Part shown: positions 48,817-57,090 of the stretch, in pieces | Numbering within the stretch: the stretch's first letter is position 1 | How the letters are laid out: each line of letters begins with the position of its first letter | Assembly: GCA_964612415.1 (NCBI GenBank) | Contig: CAZTCT010000003.1 | Coordinates: forward strand, 10,477-74,476 | Length of the DNA stretch: 64,000 nt | Source: an uncultured Candidatus Saccharibacteria bacterium | GTDB taxonomy: Bacteria; Patescibacteriota; Minisyncoccia; Phycocordibacterales; CAYRGE01 | Reading direction: 5' to 3' | Notes under the pieces: model-generated | What the model was told of the DNA's origin: nothing | Seen by the model: only the letters and a program-made list of their open reading frames with translations | Database searches by the model: none | Made by a program: the position numbers and the translations under genes

Positions 48817-48850
48817 GCGTGCGTGCCCTGTAGGGCACGCACGCTTTGCT
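48817..48850 (+). terminator. intrinsic terminator (GCGTGCGTGCCCT-gt-AGGGCACGCACGC + T-rich)
   Basis: 13-bp perfect stem 48817-48829 / 48832-48844, then TTTGCTTTA. Confidence 0.8.
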
Positions 48851-48851
48851 T

Positions 48852-48857
48852 TATAAT
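48852..48857 (+). promoter_or_regulatory. -10 box TATAAT 6 nt upstream of prfA ATG (leaderless-type)
   Basis: TATAAT 48852-48857 directly after the rpmE terminator; ATG 48864. Confidence 0.4.
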
Positions 48858-48863
48858 GTTTTT

Positions 48864-49826
48864 ATGGACCTAACTCCATACAAAGAGAATCCGAAGACCG
48901 CATACCTTGTTGCGGAATACGAACGCCTTGAGAAGGAAGAGGCGCGTGTTCATGATGTATTGGCTCAAGACCCAACACTCGCAGAGCTTGCTCAGTCTGA
49001 ACTTGAAGATTTACGTATCCAAAAGGAAAGTGCGCAGAAGCAAATGGAACAAATCGTTGCAACTGAAAAAGAAGAAGCAAAAACTCCCAAGGAGCTTATT
49101 CTTGAAGTTCGTGCTGGTGCGGGAGGAGATGAGGCAGCTCTTTTTGCACGTCAACTTGCTGAAATGTATGAGAAGTATGCCGCGCAAAAAGGGTGGGATT
49201 TTACCAAAGTGGATTCTTCCGAAAATGAGATTGGTGGGTACAAAGAAGCTTCTTTTGAGATTAAAGGGAAAGATGCTTATCGTGCACTTGAACATGAAAT
49301 GGGTGTACATCGTGTGCAGCGTGTGCCAGTGACAGAGAAGGCGGGGCGCATACACACATCAACAGCTTCCGTCGCCATTTTGCCTGTTTTTGAGCGGAGA
49401 AATACATTAATCAATCCTGCCGATATTGAGATGGAGTTTACTCGTTCTGGCGGAGCAGGAGGACAGAACGTGAATAAAGTTGAAACAGCGGTTCGTCTTG
49501 TCCACAAGCCCTCTGGTATCGTGGTCCGCTGCCAAAGCGAGCGCACGCAGCAGCGTAATCGCGAGAAGGCCATGCAGATTCTTGCAGCAAAACTAGAAGA
49601 ATTAGAAACATCCAAAGATGCAGATGCTATTGCTGAGAAGAGAAAGACCCAAATTGGCACAGGAGACAGATCTGAAAAGATTCGTACGTATAATGTGCCA
49701 CAAGATCGTGTCACAGACCATCGTATTAAGGAGACATGGAGTAACGTTGAAGGGATACTTGGAGGTAGTCTGGGGGAAATTTCAGAAGCACTTGTAAAAG
49801 CCGCGGAAGAAAAATCAGGAGATTAA
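48864..49826 (+). CDS. prfA: peptide chain release factor 1
   Basis: GGQ motif [42 protein letters not shown]; PxT-region RVQRVP; start taken as ATG 48864 because the TTG at 48846 lies inside the terminator hairpin. Confidence 0.85.
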   Translation: MDLTPYKENPKTAYLVAEYERLEKEEARVHDVLAQDPTLAELAQSELEDLRIQKESAQKQMEQIVATEKEEAKTPKELILEVRAGAGGDEAALFARQLAEMYEKYAAQKGWDFTKVDSSENEIGGYKEASFEIKGKDAYRALEHEMGVHRVQRVPVTEKAGRIHTSTASVAILPVFERRNTLINPADIEMEFTRSGGAGGQNVNKVETAVRLVHKPSGIVVRCQSERTQQRNREKAMQILAAKLEELETSKDADAIAEKRKTQIGTGDRSEKIRTYNVPQDRVTDHRIKETWSNVEGILGGSLGEISEALVKAAEEKSGD

Positions 49827-49877
49827 TGTGGATAAGTTTGTTTCTGGAGTGGTGTGTGGTGCGCTAGAATAAAGCCA

Positions 49878-51650
49878 ATGAAGAAAATAACGCACTATTC
49901 GCGCGTTGCTCTCGATACGCTAGTTTTTTCTCTGTCTGGGCTTGCGCTTGGAGCGGCCGGAATGTTCTCGTTCTTTTTCTTGATGACGGCTTTCCCTGAC
50001 GCTGGCACTGTAGTGGTGCCACCAACACTTCATGGACCACAGATTGCATTTGCAGCACCACCGGCTGGATATACGGAATTGAAAGGATTTGCATGGGCAG
50101 GATCACACAACAGTGGAACGATCGGATCGCCGGATATTGGAAGTGGGTGGATTAGTTTCAATAGGAAAGATTGCGATACCGATGGGGATGGCGATAACGA
50201 TGTTGCTGCATGTGGTGCACTTGGGAGTGCTGTGCCTGACTATCAAGTCTCTGTTGATACGAGCAATTACTCCAATGAGCTACCAAACCCAACCACAGGT
50301 GATTTTACCGGGTATGCCTGGAGCCCAAACATTGGGTGGATATCTTTTAATCCAGCTGACCTTGTTGGGTGTCCTGTTGGTGCAGCAAACCCTGATGGAG
50401 ATGGTACGACTTGTGAGGCAACAATAAATTGGTATACCGGCACTGTGGCTGGCTGGGCTCGCGTTCTTTCAAACGATACCGCCGCGGGATGGAGCGGATG
50501 GATTCGGCTGGACCTCCCTGTTCCTTATGGGGGGTATTCTGTTAAGCCAGCGTTCACTGGGTATGCCTGGGGCGCAGACAATGTTGGTGGGTCTCCGACG
50601 CCTGGGGTTGGGTGGATAAGTTTCAGCAGTTTTGATTGTGACACTGATCAGAATGGCACCATTTCTGGTGGTTTGCCCGCGTGTGGAACTACCGGGAATC
50701 CAATTGCGCAATATGGGGTTACTTTAGGCAGTATTGCCCCTGGGCTTCCTATTGTGTTTGCTCCAACCGAGATTGTTCTAGATACCCCTCCTGGGTATGC
50801 GCAAGCAAATCTAATATACGAATCCTACAACGGGTTTTACCCAATTGATCCTGATGATGAGCCAGTTCAGTATGGCTTTGACTGGGATGGCGATGGGCTT
50901 GGGTATGTATGGGAAACCAACCCCGTTAATGGTCTACCGGTCTATATCGGTGCGCCAGGCACTGGAGGTACGTCAACGCCTCGATGGACCACCTTGGGCA
51001 TGAAGACATTTAATGTGAAGTTGCGTGATGGCGATCTGAATGAATCAGCCGTACGCTCATATTCTATAAATGTGATTCCTCCACCACCAACAGCAACCTT
51101 TACTGTCCAGCCGACCAATGCGCTTGGTACGGGAATCACAGGAAGTACAGTGGGAATTTTGGATGGGGGTACTCCAGGAGCTTTTCTTTATTCATGGACA
51201 AGTAATCATACAACGTCATGTGCTGTTACCCGAAATCCAGGATCTGTAGCGGTTGCTTCGTCTGGTTCATCAAATTCATCTGGGTCAGGGGCAGATACCC
51301 CTGCGACCAACACTACACAGTATTCAATTACCTGCCAGGGATTGCCATTTTCTAATCCCGCTAGTGTCACCATTAATCGCTCTGTCACTGTAAACACCAC
51401 ATGTTGGAACAATATTGACGACGACCCTGCGGGGAGGATTGGCAATGGACTTTGTGACTATCCATCTCAATCCTGTCCGGGAGTGATTGCTGGAGATCCA
51501 AATTGTATGGACCCTGATCCAGCAACATATCCTCATGAGGGTGGCACAGGAGTGGCCGCGGCGTGTGGCAACGGGGTGTGTAACGTTGAGGCAGGGGAGG
51601 GGCCATTTACCTGCACCACCGACTGCAGGCAGAACTTCCAGGAGCGATAG
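49878..51650 (+). CDS. large secreted/cell-surface repeat protein (GxAW...GWISF repeats, Cys-rich C-terminus)
   Basis: Signal/TM ALDTLVFSLSGLALGAAGMFSFFFLMTAF; four or more repeats of G[FY]AW(x4-10)GWI[SR][FL] with DCDTD(G/Q)(D/N)G; PPPP linker; C-terminal CxxC-rich region. Confidence 0.55.
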   Translation: MKKITHYSRVALDTLVFSLSGLALGAAGMFSFFFLMTAFPDAGTVVVPPTLHGPQIAFAAPPAGYTELKGFAWAGSHNSGTIGSPDIGSGWISFNRKDCDTDGDGDNDVAACGALGSAVPDYQVSVDTSNYSNELPNPTTGDFTGYAWSPNIGWISFNPADLVGCPVGAANPDGDGTTCEATINWYTGTVAGWARVLSNDTAAGWSGWIRLDLPVPYGGYSVKPAFTGYAWGADNVGGSPTPGVGWISFSSFDCDTDQNGTISGGLPACGTTGNPIAQYGVTLGSIAPGLPIVFAPTEIVLDTPPGYAQANLIYESYNGFYPIDPDDEPVQYGFDWDGDGLGYVWETNPVNGLPVYIGAPGTGGTSTPRWTTLGMKTFNVKLRDGDLNESAVRSYSINVIPPPPTATFTVQPTNALGTGITGSTVGILDGGTPGAFLYSWTSNHTTSCAVTRNPGSVAVASSGSSNSSGSGADTPATNTTQYSITCQGLPFSNPASVTINRSVTVNTTCWNNIDDDPAGRIGNGLCDYPSQSCPGVIAGDPNCMDPDPATYPHEGGTGVAAACGNGVCNVEAGEGPFTCTTDCRQNFQER

Positions 51651-51684
51651 CAAAAAGGGGATTCCAGGAGGCTTTTAGGCGGCA

Positions 51685-51713
51685 TTGCAATTCGCCACCC
51701 TTTCTGTTAGACT
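51685..51713 (+). promoter_or_regulatory. sigma70-like promoter: TTGCAA -35, 17-nt spacer, TAGACT -10, 8 nt upstream of rpsB ATG
   Basis: TTGCAA 51685-51690; TAGACT 51708-51713; ATG 51722. Confidence 0.35.
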
Positions 51714-51721
51714 TTGGGTTC

Positions 51722-52468
51722 ATGACTGAAAAGAATTCAATTACCAAAGAAGACGCAGGGCTTATTGACCGCATGTTTGCGGCAGGAGCCCACTATGGAT
51801 TCCTTCGCTCTCGAAGGCATCCTTCTGCGCGCCCATTCCTTTTTGGGACGAAGGACAAGGTTGAAATCATCAATCTTGAGAAGACCCTTGATGCATTGAA
51901 AGAAGCGGAAGAGTTTGTTGCATCTCTTGCTGCAAGCGGTAAAAAGGTGCTCTTTATTGGTACCAAAAACGAAGGGCGCCGCATCATCAAAGGGGGCGCA
52001 AAAGCTATCGGAATGCCGTACGTTGACATCCGATGGATCGGAGGCATCTTCAGCAATTTTTCTGAGATCAAGCGCCGCATTGACTGGATGAAGACACTTG
52101 AAGATCGACGCGAGCGAGGAGAGCTTCAAAAGTACACTAAGAAAGAGAGATTGCTTTTTGATCGCGAGATCGAAGATCTTGAGCGAAACTTTGGCGGGTT
52201 GCGTGATATGGACACATTGCCTGCGGCGGTATTCATTCTTGATGTGAGACATGAAGAGATTGCGCTTAAAGAAGCACGCAAATCAAAGATCCCAGTTATC
52301 AGTCTTTCAAGTTCAGACTGTGACTTTAGGGGGATTGATTATCCACTTCCTGCAAATGATAGTTCAGTTGCAAGTATTACATTTTTCGTAGATCGTCTTG
52401 TAGAGGCATATAAGGCTGGCAAGATGAGCGCGAAGCCCGCACAAAAAGAAGCTGGTTCAGAGAAATAA
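51722..52468 (+). CDS. rpsB: 30S ribosomal protein S2
   Basis: LIDRMFAAGAHYGFLRSRRHPSARPFLFGTKDKVEIINLEKT. Confidence 0.9.
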   Translation: MTEKNSITKEDAGLIDRMFAAGAHYGFLRSRRHPSARPFLFGTKDKVEIINLEKTLDALKEAEEFVASLAASGKKVLFIGTKNEGRRIIKGGAKAIGMPYVDIRWIGGIFSNFSEIKRRIDWMKTLEDRRERGELQKYTKKERLLFDREIEDLERNFGGLRDMDTLPAAVFILDVRHEEIALKEARKSKIPVISLSSSDCDFRGIDYPLPANDSSVASITFFVDRLVEAYKAGKMSAKPAQKEAGSEK

Positions 52469-52498
52469 TATTGCTAGGGGAGTTAAGTTCTTTTAGAT

Positions 52499-53089
52499 AT
52501 GATAACCACAGACCAAGTAAAAGAATTACGAGAACAAACAGGCATCTCTGTTATGCAGTGCAAGAAGGCGCTGGAAGAGGCTGGTGGGGATATGGACAAG
52601 GCTCTTTTGTTGCTTAAAACAAAAAGCAAAGCCGCAGCTTCAAAAAAGGCTGACCGCACATTGGGTGCGGGTATTGTACAAGCATATATCCATACTGGTG
52701 GTACAGTGGGAGCGATGGTCGAGCTTTCATGCGAGACCGATTTCGTTTCTCGCAACGAAGAGTTTAAGTCACTTGCCTATAACATTGCACTTCACATTGC
52801 TGCAATGAAGCCCCAATACATCAACCCAGAAGATGTTTCCGATGCTGACAGAGAGAAAGTAAAGGCTCTCTTTGTTGAGGACGCAAAAGCGTCTGGCAAG
52901 CCTGTGGCAATGCAGGAGAAAATGGTAGAAGGAAAACTCGGGGCTCACTTCGGAGAGAAAACACTTCTTACACAGGCGTTTGTGAAGGAGCCAGAAGTTA
53001 CCATTGGGGAATTAATAGAGCAAGCAATTCAGAAATTCGGAGAAAAGATTGTGGTGACGCGCATGACATGCTTTGCAGTTGGTGCATAG
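52499..53089 (+). CDS. tsf: elongation factor Ts (short form)
   Basis: MITTDQVKELREQTGISVMQCKKALEEAGGDMDKALLLLK (UBA-like N-term) + single dimerisation domain. Confidence 0.85.
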   Translation: MITTDQVKELREQTGISVMQCKKALEEAGGDMDKALLLLKTKSKAAASKKADRTLGAGIVQAYIHTGGTVGAMVELSCETDFVSRNEEFKSLAYNIALHIAAMKPQYINPEDVSDADREKVKALFVEDAKASGKPVAMQEKMVEGKLGAHFGEKTLLTQAFVKEPEVTIGELIEQAIQKFGEKIVVTRMTCFAVGA

Positions 53090-53093
53090 CACT

Positions 53094-53528
53094 ATGGAAT
53101 CTTTTCTTATCGGACTATTTTCATTCTCAGTACTTGGCGCAGGATTGCTCATTGCGGTGCGCCTGGTGGGGCCGTTTGGTCGTCGCTTTGACGATGTTAC
53201 TACGGGAAGAGAGAGTGTTGATCAAGTAGGGGACTTTCTCTTCATATTCTTCCCCATGTTCAAATTCCTGGGGAAGATCGGGTTTTTCAAAGCGCTAGAA
53301 TTTTTGCACGAAAAGACACGAACGATGACTTCTCGCGCCATGAGGACCGCGAAGAAAATCAAAGAGGAGTACCAGAGGTCTCTACTTGATGCAATCAGGC
53401 TTCGCGTTGCAAAGCATCTCTTCAATCACCCATCCACCCACGAGCACAAAGCGACAACCTCATTTTTCTTGAAGGACATTGCTGAATATAAAAAGAAAAT
53501 CAGCAATGGGCACCACGAAGCACCTTAG
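53094..53528 (+). CDS. hypothetical membrane protein
   Basis: N-terminal TM MESFLIGLFSFSVLGAGLLIAVRLV; no recognised domain. Confidence 0.4.
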   Translation: MESFLIGLFSFSVLGAGLLIAVRLVGPFGRRFDDVTTGRESVDQVGDFLFIFFPMFKFLGKIGFFKALEFLHEKTRTMTSRAMRTAKKIKEEYQRSLLDAIRLRVAKHLFNHPSTHEHKATTSFFLKDIAEYKKKISNGHHEAP

Positions 53529-53597
53529 TATTGCGCTTGGTGGCCAGAATAGGGTAGTATCTTCTAGTACACCTGGGCAGATATACAACAAACAAAC

Positions 53598-53615
53598 GCC
53601 ACCTTAGCTGTTTTG
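53598..53615 (+). repeat. tRNA-Thr 5'-fragment (GCCACCTTAGCT + GTTTTG), degenerate partial copy upstream of the tRNA
   Basis: 12-nt identity to tRNA positions 1-12 followed by 6 nt matching the anticodon-arm segment. Confidence 0.6.
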
Positions 53616-53676
53616 GCAGATATGGAACAAACAGCAAGGACGTTAATGTAATGAGGTAGAACAAAATAATACACAC

Positions 53677-53752
53677 GCCACCTTAGCTCAGTTGGTAGAG
53701 CAACTGTTTTGTAAACAGTAGGTCCCCGGTTCAAGCCCGGGAGGTGGCTCCA
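53677..53752 (+). tRNA. tRNA-Thr (anticodon UGU), CCA encoded
   Basis: Cloverleaf: acceptor GCCACCT/AGGTGGC, D-arm GCTC-AGTTGGTA-GAGC, anticodon stem ACTGT/ACAGT with loop TTTGTAA (TGT at 34-36), T-arm CCCGG-TTCAAGC-CCGGG, 3' TCCA. Confidence 0.9.
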
Positions 53753-53885
53753 CAAAGTGCGAGACGACTAAGCGAGCAAACTGCTTTGCTCGCGTCCGGG
53801 CTTGAAAGACGGAGCCCTCCGCTTTTGGCGGAGGCGAGTCCGGGCAGGAGGCACTTATGAGCGGAGCGAATTTGTGACCTGACGC

Positions 53886-53906
53886 CAAGCCCGGGAGGTG
53901 GCTCCA
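53886..53906 (+). repeat. 21-nt direct repeat of the tRNA-Thr 3' end (CAAGCCCGGGAGGTGGCTCCA), att-like
   Basis: Exact copy of tRNA positions 56-76, located 133 nt downstream of the tRNA. Confidence 0.8.
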
Positions 53907-53908
53907 TA

Positions 53909-53947
53909 AAATAAACGGCTCAACCGATCGGTTGAGCCGTTTATTTT
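53909..53947. terminator. second exact copy of 24-nt palindrome CGGCTCAACCGATCGGTTGAGCCG flanked by AAATAAA / TTTATTTT
   Basis: Palindrome 53916-53939 identical to 44378-44401. Confidence 0.75.
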
Positions 53948-53968
53948 GGGAAGTTTATGTGTTTTGTA

Positions 53969-53974
53969 TATAAT
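53969..53974 (+). promoter_or_regulatory. -10 box TATAAT 6 nt upstream of pheS ATG (leaderless-type)
   Basis: TATAAT 53969-53974; ATG 53981. Confidence 0.4.
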
Positions 53975-53980
53975 GGGCGG

Positions 53981-54724
53981 ATGAAGGAATCTTCTCAAAA
54001 GCCCTCAGAAGGACATCTCCATCCCGTGACATTGCTTACCAATGAGCTTCTTGCTGCCTGTACCAAACTTGGGTTTGAGATTGTTACAGGCCCTGAAATA
54101 GAGGAGGAGTATTTCAATTTTGATGCGCTTAATGTTCCTAAAGATCATCCTGCCCGAGACATGCAGGACACCTTTTGGCTTAAAGGAGAGCCGGGGAAGC
54201 TACTTCGTACTCATACCTCCGCAGTGCAGGCACGTTTCTTACGTGAACATGCTCCACCGCTTCGTATCGTTGTGCCAGGCAAGGTGTTTCGTTATGAAGC
54301 GACTGATGCTACCCATGAGACACAATTTTTCCAATTAGAAGGACTTGCAATTGATAAAGACATTACACTTGCACAGCTTAAGGAAGTATTGGAAACACTC
54401 TTTAAAATACTTTTTGGCGACAATGCAATGATTCGTTTCCGTCCGGCGTTCTTTCCCTTTGTTGAACCCGGAGTGGAGGTTGATGTGTCTTGTTTTCTTT
54501 GCAGTCAAAAAGGCTGTTCGCTATGCAAACAGTCTGGGTGGATAGAAGTTATGGGAGCGGGGATGGTCCACCCCAATGTGCTTTCAGAAGCTGGTATTCA
54601 TCCTCGTGAGTGGCGTGGGTTTGCGTTTGGATTCGGCATTGACCGACTTGTGATGCTTAAATACGGGATTGAGGATATCCGCCTTTTCTACTCAGGGGAT
54701 CTTCGTCTGATTAATCAATTTTAA
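53981..54724 (+). CDS. pheS: phenylalanine--tRNA ligase alpha subunit (short form)
   Basis: FNFDALNVPKDHPARDMQDTFWL (motif 1 region); GWIEVMGAGMVHPNVL; FGFGIDRLVML (motif 3). Confidence 0.85.
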   Translation: MKESSQKPSEGHLHPVTLLTNELLAACTKLGFEIVTGPEIEEEYFNFDALNVPKDHPARDMQDTFWLKGEPGKLLRTHTSAVQARFLREHAPPLRIVVPGKVFRYEATDATHETQFFQLEGLAIDKDITLAQLKEVLETLFKILFGDNAMIRFRPAFFPFVEPGVEVDVSCFLCSQKGCSLCKQSGWIEVMGAGMVHPNVLSEAGIHPREWRGFAFGFGIDRLVMLKYGIEDIRLFYSGDLRLINQF

Positions 54725-54728
54725 AAAT

Positions 54729-57089
54729 ATGCTCATTTCCTATAGGTGGCTTTCTACATATTTCAAAGACCCGTTGCCTGCACCCCGTGACCTTGCTGAT
54801 GTTATCACTATGCATGCGTATGCGGTTGATCGGGTTTATGAACAAGGAGGAGACACCATTTTAGATATAGATGTGTTGCCAAACCGTGCGCCTGACAGTC
54901 TTTCTCATCGAGGCGTTGCAAAAGAAGTCGCTGCGCTTTTACAAAAAGAGCTTGTGTTGCCCGCACGCTTCCTCCCCGAGAAATTATCTGAACATGAGGG
55001 GATAAACATCAAGATTGAGAATTTGTATGAATGCGGACGGTATGTGGGAAGGGTGATACACGGTGTTAAGATTGGCCCTTCTCCTGATTGGCTTGTTGAG
55101 CGGCTCACTGCCGTTGGACAAAAGTCTATTAACAACATTGTTGATATTACAAATTACATTCTTTTGGACATGGGGCAGCCGATGCATGCTTTTGATCTGG
55201 ATAAAATATCCGGGAAAGAAATTTCTGTCAGGAAGGCAAAAGACGGTGAGCATATAAGCACACTTGATGGGAAAGATGTTGTACTTACATCAACAATGCT
55301 TGTTATTGCTGATACGGAAGGACCACTTGCCATTGCGGGGGTTAAAGGGGGTAAAAAAGCAGAGATTACTAGCGAAACGAAAAGCATCGTTCTTGAGGCT
55401 GCTCATTTCAACTCTGTTTCTGTGCGGAAGACCGCTCGAAGCACTGGGATTTTGACTGACTCTTCGAAACGTTTTGAAAACGGCATTACCCCAGAGTTGG
55501 CTGGGTATGCCATGGATGAAGCATCTGCGCTCATCTATGAAATTTTTCCTGAAGCGCAAGTTTCTCCGACGATCGACCAGTATCTTTGGAAACCAAATCC
55601 ATATACCACAGGACTGAGCACCGCCGAAGCCAATGCCATACTGGGGACAAAGCTCGACGATGACCAAGTTAAAGAAGCCCTAGAGCGCGTTGGGTGCACT
55701 GTGTATTTTGAGAGGAATCCTATTTCGCGCGTGTTCACTGTCGCAAAACAAGGCGTAGGAGCTACTTACAAAAATGGAGCGAGCATACAATATCAGGCGC
55801 CACACTTATTTGATTGCTCGTCTTTTACTGCGTATGTTTTTGCTCAAGCAGGAGTGAGTATCCCGAGAATGACCGTGGATCAATATATGTATGGTGCAGA
55901 TATTGGAGAGCATGATCTTTCCCTCGGGGACTTGGTATTTGCTAATACTAAATCTGGACAGATCCATCATGAAGGGAAAGAATTTTTCCCTGGCAAAGCA
56001 GTGCCTGAAGGAGTTGATCATTGCGGGATCTATCTTGGCGATGGAAAGATCGTGCATGCTACACGGCACGGAAAAGGTAAGGTAGTTATAGAGGAGCTGG
56101 CAGGTAGCGAAGCGTTTGAGAATATCATTGGGTATAGAAGGATTCCCGAAGTCCATGCCCCAAGGTTTGTGGTGGTAGTGCCGGCAGAGAGACTTGATCT
56201 GCGGGACGTTGTCTCGCTCTCTGAAGAAGTGGGACGTATTGTCGGCTATGATACATTACCGGACAGTATACTTTCAAAATTATCTCAGTCTCCACAAATC
56301 AACAAGAGTTTCTACTACACACAAGCAATCAGGCAAACCCTTAAGGAAGAAGGATACTCTGAGGTAATAACCTATGCGTTTACAGACAAAGGAGAGATTG
56401 AGACTGCAAATCCAATTGCATCAGACAAAGGTTTTCTTCGCCCCAATCTGACCAGTGGAATCACAAAAAGTCTCGAAATGAATGCGCGAAATGCTGATTT
56501 AATCGGTGAGAAGTGCATCAGAATATTTGAAATTGGGACTGTGTTTACAAAAACGAGTGAGCACCTCTCGTTTGGTATTGGGGCATGGCATCCGAAGGGC
56601 TATAAAGATAAAGCGATAGATGAAATCACTCGTGTACTCGGTGTCCTTGAGAAAAAGCACGGGTGTGTGTTTGGGGGCAGCTCGCAAGGAGATAAAGAGA
56701 AAGCAATTTACGAATCAAATTTTAAAGAAATCATTCTTTCCTCACCGGAACCGTCGGACTACGGTTCACTCTTTGAAGCACAAGAGAAAGTGATTGAATA
56801 TAAAAAGATATCTCCGTATCCGTTCGTTACTCGTGATATCGCATTTTGGGCAAGTGGCGGGACGAAAGAGGAGGAGGTAATGGCCACCTTAGTATCTAGC
56901 GCTGGACCGCTTTTAATCCGAGAGCCGAGACTCTTTGATGTATTTGAGAAGAAAGATGAAGGGAAGGTATCATATGCGTACAGACTTGTTTTTCAATCGT
57001 ATGAAAAAACGCTCACTGATGATGAGGTGAATAAGCACATGGAAAATGTAGTACGTGCGGTTGAAGAAAAAGGGTGGACAGTGAGATGA
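54729..57089 (+). CDS. pheT: phenylalanine--tRNA ligase beta subunit carrying an inserted NlpC/P60 (papain-like) domain
   Basis: B1 N-term MLISYRWLSTYFKD; B3/4 ...MHAFDLDKISGKEISVRKAKDGEHISTLDGKDVVL...; B5 start; then DCSSFTAYVFAQAGVSIPRMT...GDLVFANTKSG...DHCGIYLGDGKIVHATRHG (NlpC/P60 Cys-His-His) at ~55750-56110; B5 end/B6-7 resumes at RFVVVVPAERLDLRDV; C-terminal FDX-ACB. Confidence 0.85.
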   Translation: MLISYRWLSTYFKDPLPAPRDLADVITMHAYAVDRVYEQGGDTILDIDVLPNRAPDSLSHRGVAKEVAALLQKELVLPARFLPEKLSEHEGINIKIENLYECGRYVGRVIHGVKIGPSPDWLVERLTAVGQKSINNIVDITNYILLDMGQPMHAFDLDKISGKEISVRKAKDGEHISTLDGKDVVLTSTMLVIADTEGPLAIAGVKGGKKAEITSETKSIVLEAAHFNSVSVRKTARSTGILTDSSKRFENGITPELAGYAMDEASALIYEIFPEAQVSPTIDQYLWKPNPYTTGLSTAEANAILGTKLDDDQVKEALERVGCTVYFERNPISRVFTVAKQGVGATYKNGASIQYQAPHLFDCSSFTAYVFAQAGVSIPRMTVDQYMYGADIGEHDLSLGDLVFANTKSGQIHHEGKEFFPGKAVPEGVDHCGIYLGDGKIVHATRHGKGKVVIEELAGSEAFENIIGYRRIPEVHAPRFVVVVPAERLDLRDVVSLSEEVGRIVGYDTLPDSILSKLSQSPQINKSFYYTQAIRQTLKEEGYSEVITYAFTDKGEIETANPIASDKGFLRPNLTSGITKSLEMNARNADLIGEKCIRIFEIGTVFTKTSEHLSFGIGAWHPKGYKDKAIDEITRVLGVLEKKHGCVFGGSSQGDKEKAIYESNFKEIILSSPEPSDYGSLFEAQEKVIEYKKISPYPFVTRDIAFWASGGTKEEEVMATLVSSAGPLLIREPRLFDVFEKKDEGKVSYAYRLVFQSYEKTLTDDEVNKHMENVVRAVEEKGWTVR

Positions 57090-57090
57090 C

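Noticed and set aside
53753-53906. Possible second tRNA or tmRNA-like gene using the duplicated AGGTGGCTCCA 3' end
   Set aside because: A 5' strand GGAGCCC exists at 53809, but no D-arm or T-arm with conserved nucleotides can be folded. Only the 3' 21 nt match tRNA-Thr. It is better explained as an att-like direct repeat.
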